From Alphaproteobacteria bacterium (GTDB lineage: Bacteria; Pseudomonadota; Alphaproteobacteria; Rickettsiales; SXRF01): a DNA stretch of 64,000 nt. Shown here piece by piece: positions 38,894 through 47,122 of this stretch. The stretch is from assembly GCA_033763775.1 (NCBI GenBank), contig JANRJW010000003.1:40753-104752 (forward strand), read 5' to 3'. The position numbers and the translations under genes were made by a program. Each line of letters starts with the position of its first letter. Position 1 is the first letter of the stretch. Under the pieces are notes generated by a model, which saw only the letters and a program-made list of their open reading frames with translations, had not been told where the DNA came from and ran no database searches.

Positions 38894-40714
38894 CTAATAC
38901 CCCTCAATGTCTTTCATGCCTCCGCTCAGGAAGCGGCGGCCGTAATAGCCGAAATCGCGCGCGGCGTCATCATGGAAAAACATCAGATCATCATTCATCC
39001 GGCGGGCGATCTCGCCGTTGATATGTTTTTTACGTGTCATCACGCCGACCATATCAAGAATAAACGGCAAGGTCGTATTCTCTTCAATTCGTGGGCGCCT
39101 GCCGCAGACAGCGAAGATGCGCTCGAGCATCGCACGGTAGGTCAGCACCTCGCCGCCGCTCACATTATACGCCTTGCCATAAGCGGCTGTGCAGTTCACC
39201 AGCTTCACCGCAGCGGAGCCAAGATCGTCCGCATGCACTGGCTGGCGTTTACCCACCGCCGGCGGGTAGACCGGCAGAAAATTGAGAAAACCAATCAGCT
39301 TGGCCAGCGAGGTCACATTCACATCCAGCCCCACCCCGTAGGTCATGGTCGGGCGCAGGAGGGTGCATTTCATGCCCATTTGCGCGGTGCGCTCCAGCGT
39401 ATCACGCTCGGCGCGCGCCAGCTTTTCCACCAGCCCCTGCTCATAGCTGTTGCGCGAGAGCACTTTGCCAAACACCGAGGTCGAGCCAAACGCAATCACC
39501 CGCGCCACCTCCGCCTGCTTGAGCAGTGCCAGTGTCGGCGGCAGGTGCCACAGCGGCGCGCAATGCACCACCACATCCACCAGATAGCCGTCAAGATGCA
39601 GCGCATCATCGGTCAGATCGCCCTTCAGCCAGCGCAAATGCTCATGTTCAAAAGCAATGGGGTCGCTGCGGCTGATTGCCAGCACACCAGCGCCCGCGGC
39701 AATCATATGTTTCACCACACTCAGGCCAACCTGACTGGTCGCGCCGGTCACCAGCACCGTTTTGCCGGCTAGTTCGCCGGTGACGGGCAGGTCAGCGAGG
39801 CCGGACGCCAGCACCATGAGCCGTTTATCGGCAATGCTGTGCGACATAGCATAGCTCGGCCGCGCTTTCACACTCAGCCAGTAACGGGTGACGCGCCATG
39901 CCATCACCAGCAGCGCCGCCAGCCGCACCAGCAGCATCATCCCCGGCGGGTAGCCAGCTGCGAAATGCTTGGAAAAATAATGCACCACCCCGCGCATACG
40001 CTGCCATTCAAGACGATAACGTCTGCTGTTATCATTCGTATTCAGCCGGGTGACGCGTATGTTAGTAGCAAGCAATGTGCGTCCGCCAATACGGTGCACA
40101 CGTTGGCACAAATCCATGCCAGCGCCGCGCACCACATACGCCTCATCGAGCCCGCCAAGCTGCTGATAATCCTTGCGGCGCAAGCACAGGCAGGCGCCAG
40201 AAACCGCAGGCACCAGCTGCACACCCGCACTGATCTCGACAGGCGCCGGATTTTTTTTGCCAAAAGGCCAAAGCCTTGCCAGTGCCGAGCGCGCAGAAAG
40301 AAGGCTGCGCGCATGGTCGCCCATCAGCTGACCGCGTGCATTACGCGTGGCAGCGCCCACCAGCACAGCATCGCTATGCGACTCAAACGCAGCCATCATG
40401 GTTTCAATCGCCGCGGGCGGCAGCAGACAGTCAGGATTCAGTAGCAGCACATAATAGCCGCTGGCCTGCTGAACTCCGAGATTAGATCCTTTGGCATAGC
40501 CGACGTTCCCGTGGCCGCTGACCACCTTCAGGCGGCGCTCGGTCAGCGCGAGCTGGCGCAGCCGCGCAAGCACATCCGGCGGGTTTCCATTATCCACCAC
40601 CACCAGCTCAGCAAGCTGCTTCTGCCTGAGCACACTGCTGATAGAGGCAAAAAGAATCGCTCCCGTGTGATACGACACCATCACAACGCTGGTCGTGGTC
40701 ATACGGCGCTCCAT
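38894..40714 (-). CDS. Fusion protein: family-2 glycosyltransferase (N-terminal) + NAD-dependent epimerase/dehydratase SDR (C-terminal)
   Basis: The GT2 part has VVMVSYHTG...VVVDNGNP...LLLNPDC. A hydrophobic segment LLVRLAALLVMAW follows. The SDR part has VLVTGATSQVGLSVV. An alternative ATG at 40702 gives an ATGA overlap with rfbC. Confidence 0.7.
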   Translation of the reverse strand: MERRMTTTSVVMVSYHTGAILFASISSVLRQKQLAELVVVDNGNPPDVLARLRQLALTERRLKVVSGHGNVGYAKGSNLGVQQASGYYVLLLNPDCLLPPAAIETMMAAFESHSDAVLVGAATRNARGQLMGDHARSLLSARSALARLWPFGKKNPAPVEISAGVQLVPAVSGACLCLRRKDYQQLGGLDEAYVVRGAGMDLCQRVHRIGGRTLLATNIRVTRLNTNDNSRRYRLEWQRMRGVVHYFSKHFAAGYPPGMMLLVRLAALLVMAWRVTRYWLSVKARPSYAMSHSIADKRLMVLASGLADLPVTGELAGKTVLVTGATSQVGLSVVKHMIAAGAGVLAISRSDPIAFEHEHLRWLKGDLTDDALHLDGYLVDVVVHCAPLWHLPPTLALLKQAEVARVIAFGSTSVFGKVLSRNSYEQGLVEKLARAERDTLERTAQMGMKCTLLRPTMTYGVGLDVNVTSLAKLIGFLNFLPVYPPAVGKRQPVHADDLGSAAVKLVNCTAAYGKAYNVSGGEVLTYRAMLERIFAVCGRRPRIEENTTLPFILDMVGVMTRKKHINGEIARRMNDDLMFFHDDAARDFGYYGRRFLSGGMKDIEGY

Positions 40715-41259
40715 CTGGTTGGATTAGCACAATATTCCTGCCAGCTGGGCTGCTGGGTATCGCGCGCGGAAAGAACCGGATTTTGAACCGGCCACGCAAT
40801 TGCCAGCGCCGCGTCATCAAAACGAATACCCCCCTCGCCCTCGCGGCGATACGGCGCATCAACTTTGTATACCACATCCGCCGGTTCGTCGCCCATCACG
40901 CAGAAACCATGAGCAAACCCAGCAGGCACCCACAGCAGCAGACCGTTCATGTCCGAAAGCTCAAGACCAACATGGCGGCCAAATGTCGGCGAATGCGGCC
41001 GAATATCCACCGCCACATCAAAAATCCGCCCGCGTGTCACCCCCACCAGCTTGCCTTGTGCTGGCTCGTGCTGGTAGTGCAGCCCGCGCAGCACGCCCGG
41101 CGCTGAGCGCGAGTGATTATCCTGAACAAAATCATGCGCAAGGCCATGCGCTGCCCACTGGCTGGCCTGAAAGCGCTCGACAAAAAAACCGCGTTCATCC
41201 CCCAGCACATTCAGCTGAATCACCTTGAGGTCAGCGATCGGAGTATCAATCACGCGCAT
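40699..41259 (-). CDS. rfbC: dTDP-4-dehydrorhamnose 3,5-epimerase
   Basis: GDERGFFVERF and LRGLHYQ blocks. Length 186 aa. Confidence 0.9.
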   Translation of the reverse strand: MRVIDTPIADLKVIQLNVLGDERGFFVERFQASQWAAHGLAHDFVQDNHSRSAPGVLRGLHYQHEPAQGKLVGVTRGRIFDVAVDIRPHSPTFGRHVGLELSDMNGLLLWVPAGFAHGFCVMGDEPADVVYKVDAPYRREGEGGIRFDDAALAIAWPVQNPVLSARDTQQPSWQEYCANPTRWSAV

Positions 41260-42160
41260 GGGAAAACTTCACTCTGAAACAAGCCTCAAGCCCGCACATC
41301 CATTCATCCATGGCGACTCCAAGAACCCGCTTTGCCTTCTCGCAGCTAAGCCGCGAGTTCTTCGGGCGCGCGGCTGGCACGGGGTAGTCAGAGGTCGCAA
41401 TTGGCAGAACCTGCTGGCATGTCAGGCTGTAGTTCTGAACCGAATTCATGGCTCTGGCAAGCGTAAAAATTGCCGTCGCAAAGCCATGCCAGCTGGTTTC
41501 GCCGGCCGCCGCCAGATGATAAACGCCGCGGGGAAAAACCGGCTGAGAAAGTGCCGCCTCCAACCCAGCCACCAGCTCGCGGGCAAACATCGGCACATAG
41601 GTTGGCGCGCCGATCTGATCCGCCACCACACGCAGCGTCTCGCGCTCTTTCATCAGCCGCAGCATGGTGTTAAAAAAATTGTTGCCATGCGCGTCGTAAA
41701 GCCATGAGGTGCGAAAAATCAGATAATCACCACCAGCCTGCTCAATCAGCTGCTCACCCGCCAGCTTATGCGCGCCATAAGCATTCAGCGGCGCTGTCTG
41801 TTCATCTTCGCGGCGTGCGTGCTTGCCGCTGCCATCAAACACATAGTCGGTCGATACATGCACCAGCGGCAAGCCATGGCGCACGCACCATTGCGCCAGC
41901 TCGCCCACCGCCTCAGCATTGATACGCAGCGACATCGCCGCGCCTTCGCCCTGCGCCTTATCCACCTGCGTGTAGGCTGCGGCATTAATCACTGCATGTG
42001 GCCGCCCCTTGGCCAGCGCCAGCTCAAGCTGTTGTGTGAAGTCCGGCGCCATTAGATCAAGCTGCGGCAACCCCACAAAACGCGCCTGCGATCCCAGTTG
42101 CTCGCTCAGCGCCTGTGCCAGCTGGCCACCCACGCCCAGCACCAGATATCGGGCGGTCAT
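41246..42160 (-). CDS. rfbD: dTDP-4-dehydrorhamnose reductase
   Basis: [11 protein letters not shown] Rossmann fold and STDYVFDG. Length 304 aa. Confidence 0.9.
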   Translation of the reverse strand: MTARYLVLGVGGQLAQALSEQLGSQARFVGLPQLDLMAPDFTQQLELALAKGRPHAVINAAAYTQVDKAQGEGAAMSLRINAEAVGELAQWCVRHGLPLVHVSTDYVFDGSGKHARREDEQTAPLNAYGAHKLAGEQLIEQAGGDYLIFRTSWLYDAHGNNFFNTMLRLMKERETLRVVADQIGAPTYVPMFARELVAGLEAALSQPVFPRGVYHLAAAGETSWHGFATAIFTLARAMNSVQNYSLTCQQVLPIATSDYPVPAARPKNSRLSCEKAKRVLGVAMDEWMCGLEACFRVKFSHARD

Positions 42161-43035
42161 ACGCTGCCAAACTCGCGGGCAATGCTCGCAAGATAGGCGC
42201 CATAATCACTCTTGCCATAGGCGGCAATCAGCGCCTTAAACTGCGTAAGGTCAATCAAGCCGCGGCGTAGCGACACTTCTTCAAGACAGGCGATTTTCAC
42301 CCCCTGACGCGCCTCAATAATCTGCACATAGTGTGCGGCTTGCATCAGCGCGTCTGGCGTGCCGGTATCCAGCCATGCCGAGCCGCGGCCAAGTAGGTCA
42401 ACCTGCAGTGCGCCACGCGCAAGATAGGCTTTATTGACATCCGTTATTTCCAGCTCACCGCGCGGGGATGGCTTGAGTGATTCAGCAATCCTCACCACCT
42501 CTGCGTCATAAAAATAAAGCCCGGTCACCGCATAGTTGGATTTAGGCTGTTTTGGTTTTTCTTCAATCGAGAGGGCTTTGCCCGCAGCATCCATCTCCAC
42601 CACGCCATAGCGCTCAGGGTCACGCACCTGATAGGCAAAGACGCGTGCGCCCTCACGCAGGCTGGCCGCCTCTTCAAGTCGCTTGGTAAGCGACTGACCA
42701 TAAAAAATATTATCGCCCAGAATCAGACACACTGGCGATCCAGCGATGAATTCTCGGGCAATCAGAAATGCCTGAGCAATGCCTTCCGGCTTTGGCTGCT
42801 CGGCATAGTGCAGACGAAGGCCAAGCGCCGAGCCATCGCCAAGGAGTTCACGCATCAGCGGTAGATCGCGCGGGGTGGAAATAATCATCACCTCGCAAAT
42901 ACCCGCCAGCATGAGCACCGAAAGCGGATAAAACAACATCGGCTTATCATAAACCGGCAACATCTGCTTGCTGATGGCATTGGTCATCGGCGCAAGCCGT
43001 GTCCCAGCGCCGCCCGCCAGAATAATTCCCTTCAT
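42157..43035 (-). CDS. rfbA: Glucose-1-phosphate thymidylyltransferase
   Basis: [21 protein letters not shown] 43035 follows GGAGGG and overlaps the rfbB stop (ATGA). Confidence 0.9.
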   Translation of the reverse strand: MKGIILAGGAGTRLAPMTNAISKQMLPVYDKPMLFYPLSVLMLAGICEVMIISTPRDLPLMRELLGDGSALGLRLHYAEQPKPEGIAQAFLIAREFIAGSPVCLILGDNIFYGQSLTKRLEEAASLREGARVFAYQVRDPERYGVVEMDAAGKALSIEEKPKQPKSNYAVTGLYFYDAEVVRIAESLKPSPRGELEITDVNKAYLARGALQVDLLGRGSAWLDTGTPDALMQAAHYVQIIEARQGVKIACLEEVSLRRGLIDLTQFKALIAAYGKSDYGAYLASIAREFGSV

Positions 43036-44048
43036 GCCGCCCTCCGGATGGCATCCACCCATGCGCGGTTATCCAGATACCAGCGAACCGTCGCCTCAAG
43101 CCCGCTCTCAAGCGTCATCTGCGGCAGGTAGCCAAGTTCACGCTGTGCCTTGCTATCATCAATCGCATAGCGCCGATCATGGCCGGGGCGATCCGCCACA
43201 AAAGTAATCTGCTGTGCATACGACACCTTATCCGCACGCGGGCAAAGCTTGTCCAGCAGCACGCATAATTGTTTCACCATCGTAATATTCTGCGCTTCGG
43301 CACGGCCACCAAAATCATACACCTCACCTGTTTTGCCCTGCTTCAGCGCCAGAAGCAGGCCGCGGCAATGATCGCTGACATGAATCCAGTCGCGAACATT
43401 AAGGCCATCGCCATAAACCGGAAGCGGCTTGCCCGCGAGCGCTGAGTCAATCATGCGCGGAATCAGTTTTTCCGGGTGCTGGCGGGGGCCATAATTGTTC
43501 GTGCAATGGGTGATGAGGCACGGCAGGCCGTAAGTTTCAAACCATGCACGTGCGAGATGATCCGCCGCTGCTTTCGATGCGGAATAAGGCGAGTTCGGCC
43601 GCATCGGCGAGGTTTCACTGAAAGCACCCGTAGCGCCCAGCGAACCATACACCTCATCGGTGGAAACCTGCAGCACACGAAAACCTTCTGGCGCCTGCGG
43701 CTGATAAGCGCGGCAAGCTTCCAGCAGCGAAAACGTGCCGAGGATGTTCGTATCCATAAAATCACGCGGGCCGCTGATGGAGTTATCAACGTGCGACTCC
43801 GCCGCCATATTCACCACCCAGCGCACGCGGTGTTCGCTAAGCAAACGCAGCACCAACGACTGATCACCAATATCGCCAACCACCAGCTGCCAGTTGCCGC
43901 GAATCCATTCCAGATTAGCGCGGCTGCCGGCGTAGGTAAGCTTATCAAGCACCACCACATGGTGCCCCGCCGCCACGCACGCGGCCACCATCGAGCTGCC
44001 AATAAAGCCAGCGCCGCCGGTGAGTAAAATGCTATGGTTCTCGCTCAT
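43032..44048 (-). CDS. rfbB: dTDP-glucose 4,6-dehydratase
   Basis: [12 protein letters not shown] and [11 protein letters not shown]. Its ATG overlaps the tonB stop (ATGA). Confidence 0.9.
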   Translation of the reverse strand: MSENHSILLTGGAGFIGSSMVAACVAAGHHVVVLDKLTYAGSRANLEWIRGNWQLVVGDIGDQSLVLRLLSEHRVRWVVNMAAESHVDNSISGPRDFMDTNILGTFSLLEACRAYQPQAPEGFRVLQVSTDEVYGSLGATGAFSETSPMRPNSPYSASKAAADHLARAWFETYGLPCLITHCTNNYGPRQHPEKLIPRMIDSALAGKPLPVYGDGLNVRDWIHVSDHCRGLLLALKQGKTGEVYDFGGRAEAQNITMVKQLCVLLDKLCPRADKVSYAQQITFVADRPGHDRRYAIDDSKAQRELGYLPQMTLESGLEATVRWYLDNRAWVDAIRRAA

Positions 44049-44923
44049 CGTGTAAATACAATCGGCACAATAAATTCAATCATCTCGCCCGAGGGATAAT
44101 CCTGAGGCGCAGCAGGCACCGGGTTTGCACGGCGCACGGTATCCAGTGCGGCGCGATCCAGTTCCTCAAGGCCGCTACGTTTATCCAGCTCCAGAAAGCG
44201 AATATTACCGCGGCGATCAATCCGGATGCGAACCGATGCCACCGCGCGCTCAGGCTGGCCACTCACCATCAGTTTTTCAGGCTTGAATTTATCAATCCAT
44301 GAGGAAATCAGCTGCTCATAGCGCGTAATCATATCCGTGCCGTCGCTTGCTTCGAGCTGAGCCGGCTCGGCTTCACGCACATATTGCTTGGCTACCACTG
44401 ATTGCACTGGTGCCGCCACCGCCACGCCTTCCGTGCGCATATCAAAAGGCTTAGCCTTGGCCATCAGCTTTTCCATATTCACCGGTGCTTCTTTCTTGTT
44501 TTTCTGCGCTGATTTCTCAACCACTTCAGAGCGATCATCAGCGCGTGTGGTGCCTTGAATATCACGCGCGATTTTCTCAATCGCCTGCTCTACACCCGCA
44601 GCGTTTGCCGATGTGCGGGAGGCGCCACCATCATCCGCCAGGGTATCTTCCGTTTCAGCAAGCTTAAGGCTGAGCACACGCACCGGAATATCCACCACCT
44701 CATCGCGCGGCAGGCTGCGCCAGATACCATAAGCCGCGCTGTGTATCGCAAGCGCTGCAAGCATCGCCAGCAAAAGATAACCATCATGAATTTTTTCTTG
44801 CGCGTCGCTGCGCCGAGTGCGTAGCTGCATGAGCCGCCGCGCCATAGTCGCCCGCCAGTTCAACCACAACGGCATCAGCGCATCAGTTCGCATCAATTCG
44901 CACCTGTCCAGATTGGGTGACAA
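44045..44923 (-). CDS. tonB: TonB-family energy transducer
   Basis: The C-terminal TonB_C pattern is VASVRIRIDRRGNIRFLELDKRSGLEELDRAALDTVRRANPVP. An N-terminal TM segment is YLLLAMLAALAIHSAAY. The start is uncertain. Confidence 0.75.
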   Translation of the reverse strand: MSPNLDRCELMRTDALMPLWLNWRATMARRLMQLRTRRSDAQEKIHDGYLLLAMLAALAIHSAAYGIWRSLPRDEVVDIPVRVLSLKLAETEDTLADDGGASRTSANAAGVEQAIEKIARDIQGTTRADDRSEVVEKSAQKNKKEAPVNMEKLMAKAKPFDMRTEGVAVAAPVQSVVAKQYVREAEPAQLEASDGTDMITRYEQLISSWIDKFKPEKLMVSGQPERAVASVRIRIDRRGNIRFLELDKRSGLEELDRAALDTVRRANPVPAAPQDYPSGEMIEFIVPIVFTR

Positions 44924-45326
44924 TCGATAAGTTTTTGCCGCCCGCTTTTTTGATAGCCTCCATCAACTCCACCACGCGGTTGGCAGGCACCTGTGCATCC
45001 GCCTTCACAGTGATAATTTTGCCGGGATGTTTTTCAAGCTCGGGCGCCAGCATCTGCCCAATCTGAGCCATATCAATAATCTCATCACCGACAATCACCT
45101 CATCATGGCGCCCTAGCGTCACCACCACATGCCCCTCATCCATCAACTTCCCGCTTTTTGCAATCGGTGGATCAATCGGCACCATCTCAAACTTTTCAAC
45201 CGTGCCTGCCAGCATGAAAAAAATGAGAAGAAAAATTGACACATCAATCAGCGGAATCAGGCTGATTTCAATGCGTCGTTTGCTAATGCGTGGAAAGTCC
45301 ATCAGTCCGCCTTTTTTGTTGTCCAT
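44883..45326 (-). CDS. exbD: ExbD/TolR biopolymer transport protein
   Basis: IPLIDVSIFLLIFFML TM motif. Length 147 aa. Confidence 0.85.
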   Translation of the reverse strand: MDNKKGGLMDFPRISKRRIEISLIPLIDVSIFLLIFFMLAGTVEKFEMVPIDPPIAKSGKLMDEGHVVVTLGRHDEVIVGDEIIDMAQIGQMLAPELEKHPGKIITVKADAQVPANRVVELMEAIKKAGGKNLSIVTQSGQVRIDAN

Positions 45327-45721
45327 GTGCGCACGAGCAGGCTTTTTGCGCCCATCAGCGAAACCTTGTCCATCATATCCACCAGCTGCTGCATCGACAC
45401 ACCATCGGCCGTCAGCAGCATGATCCGCACATCCGGATTACCAACAATCAGACGTTGCAGCGTCTCATCCAGATCGGCGCCGCTCAGCTTGCGCTTGCCG
45501 AGTGTCACCTCGCCTGCGGATGAAAGATAAAGCCGCACGACATCGTCAGTTCGGCTGGCGCTATTTTGCTTCACCGCTGATGGCAGCATCAACTCCATGG
45601 ATTCAATACGCATGAACGATGTGGTCAGCATGAAGAAGATAATCAGAATGAACAGCACGTCGATCAGCGGCGTGAGATTCAGCGCGCGAATTTTTCGGCG
45701 TGGTGTGCGCACGAAATCCAT
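45302..45721 (-). CDS. exbD: ExbD/TolR biopolymer transport protein (second copy)
   Basis: LTPLIDVLFILIIFFML TM motif. Length 139 aa. Confidence 0.85.
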   Translation of the reverse strand: MDFVRTPRRKIRALNLTPLIDVLFILIIFFMLTTSFMRIESMELMLPSAVKQNSASRTDDVVRLYLSSAGEVTLGKRKLSGADLDETLQRLIVGNPDVRIMLLTADGVSMQQLVDMMDKVSLMGAKSLLVRTWTTKKAD

Positions 45722-45724
45722 CGG

Positions 45725-46558
45725 CTATTTTCCTGAGTATTTGGGGCTGAGCAGATGCAGTGTCGATGTTTTCTGGGGTGTACTCGGAGCGATGCTTTTA
45801 CGCTGCTCGTCCGCCCATTGCTCGGCATCCATTTTCTTGCGTTGCTCGTTCAATAACTTGCGCTCTTCTTCTTCGCGAGCTTTGCGCTCGCGCTCGATGC
45901 GTTTGGCTTCCTCAATCGCAAAAAGGCGTTCATTGCGGCGGAATTCATCTTCCAGCGCCAAAATCTGCACCGAAACGTCTTTCATCGTCGCGCGCACTTT
46001 CTCGATGATGCCATCAAGAATGTAATGCGCAGCAAGCGCCGGAATCGCTACCGCGATGCCACCCGCCGTGGTGAGCAGCGCTTCCCATATGCCGCCCGCG
46101 AGCATGGTGGGGTCCACCCGCGTGCCGGAAATGCTGAGCTTGGAGAATGAGCTGATCATACCAATGACGGTGCCAAACAGCCCCATCAGCGGCGCAACGG
46201 TGGCGGTCATTTCCAGCCCGCGCAGATGCGATTCCAGATAACGGATATCCGCCGAACCGACACGAGTAATTTCGGCCTCTTTGCTTTTTTGCGAAATATC
46301 GCGGTTGGCCACGCATTCAAACGTCACACGCATGATACGTGCCACCGGCCCCTTGGTTTCGGAAAGGGTTTTAAATGCCTGGTTGCGATCCCCCTGCTTG
46401 ATTTCTTTCAGCGCAGGTTCAATGAAACTGCGATCAAACACATTCGCGCGATAAAACTGCAGCACTTTGAAAATGACCACACCCACCGCATAAACCGATA
46501 GCGCCAGCAGGCCATACATGACCACGCCGCCCTTCTCAAACAGATGAATCTCCGTCAT
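45725..46558 (-). CDS. exbB: MotA/TolQ/ExbB proton channel with charged C-terminal extension
   Basis: GLFGTVIGMI and GGIWEALLTTAGG blocks, followed by a Glu/Arg/Lys-rich tail of about 80 aa. Confidence 0.85.
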   Translation of the reverse strand: MTEIHLFEKGGVVMYGLLALSVYAVGVVIFKVLQFYRANVFDRSFIEPALKEIKQGDRNQAFKTLSETKGPVARIMRVTFECVANRDISQKSKEAEITRVGSADIRYLESHLRGLEMTATVAPLMGLFGTVIGMISSFSKLSISGTRVDPTMLAGGIWEALLTTAGGIAVAIPALAAHYILDGIIEKVRATMKDVSVQILALEDEFRRNERLFAIEEAKRIERERKAREEEERKLLNEQRKKMDAEQWADEQRKSIAPSTPQKTSTLHLLSPKYSGK

Positions 46559-46619
46559 ATTTTTTCCCCACCCTGTGTATGGTTCTGGTTGTAGCGATTA
46601 ACGCTCCTGAGGTCTAGAA

Positions 46620-46643
46620 AAAATGTTTCACGTGAAACATTTT
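46620..46643. promoter_or_regulatory. Perfect 24-bp palindrome, candidate operator in the exbB / small-lipoprotein divergent region
   Basis: AAAATGTTTCAC|GTGAAACATTTT, 12+12 nt with no mismatch. It is centred about 73 nt upstream of the exbB ATG (46558). Confidence 0.4.
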
Positions 46644-46845
46644 GCGCGCACACCAGCACAGGACTAGCAAAAAAATTTTCCGCTTCCGGAACCGTCATTT
46701 TTGTGCCTTGCCGAACGGTGAAAACCCAGATGCCGCGCACGCCAAGCGTAAAAAGCAAATTACATTGCATTTTATTAATTCATTAACGCGCGCTTAGGCT
46801 GTTTCTGATATTCATTGAGGTAAGCAGCAACCACAGGAGCGTGCC

Positions 46846-47013
46846 ATGAAAACACAAACCTTGATCTCGCTAGTCTGCCTTTTAGGGCTATCCGCCTGTA
46901 TCGCAACTCCGCGCATCGAAATTCCTGACCAGATGAGCTTTAACTACGTTGTTCCCAACCAGCAACCCATGAGCTATACGGATATTATGTGCTGCGTTGA
47001 TTGTCACGTATAG
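46846..47013 (+). CDS. Small Cys-rich lipoprotein (55 aa), not in ORF track
   Basis: ATG 46846 follows AGGAG. The product is MKTQTLISLVCLLGLSAC (lipobox LSAC) ... SYTDIMCCVDCHV, ending at TAG 47011..47013. Confidence 0.45.
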   Translation: MKTQTLISLVCLLGLSACIATPRIEIPDQMSFNYVVPNQQPMSYTDIMCCVDCHV

Positions 47014-47064
47014 TTACTAAATAGTTAACAGCCTTGTTGTCATCATAATGTCATAGACCAGAGA

Positions 47065-47093
47065 TTGACGCGCTGAGCGGCCGTTGTTACCAT
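47065..47093 (+). promoter_or_regulatory. Candidate promoter for the PEPC-like gene
   Basis: TTGACG (47065..47070), a 17-nt spacer, then TACCAT (47088..47093). If real, it excludes the TTG start at 47084. Confidence 0.3.
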
Positions 47094-47122
47094 GCATTAA
47101 CGACTCAACCAACGGAAAATGC

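Noticed and set aside
38591-39772. 393-aa plus-strand ORF
   Set aside because: It lies entirely antisense to the GT2-SDR and aminotransferase genes. It is Arg/His/Ala/Gln-rich shadow translation typical of GC-rich DNA, with no motif or RBS.
46620-46643. Calling the 24-bp palindrome a Zur or Fur box
   Set aside because: The half-sites AAATGTT/AACATTT resemble Zur-type boxes, but the central spacer (TCACGTGA) and its spacing differ from the consensus sequences I remember. I kept it only as an unassigned operator candidate.
47084-47122. Track start (TTG 47084) for the PEPC-like protein
   Set aside because: It is a non-ATG start lying inside the candidate -10 region. ATG 47123 (MNKISPSS...) is more plausible. 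The N-terminal 13 residues are therefore not claimed.
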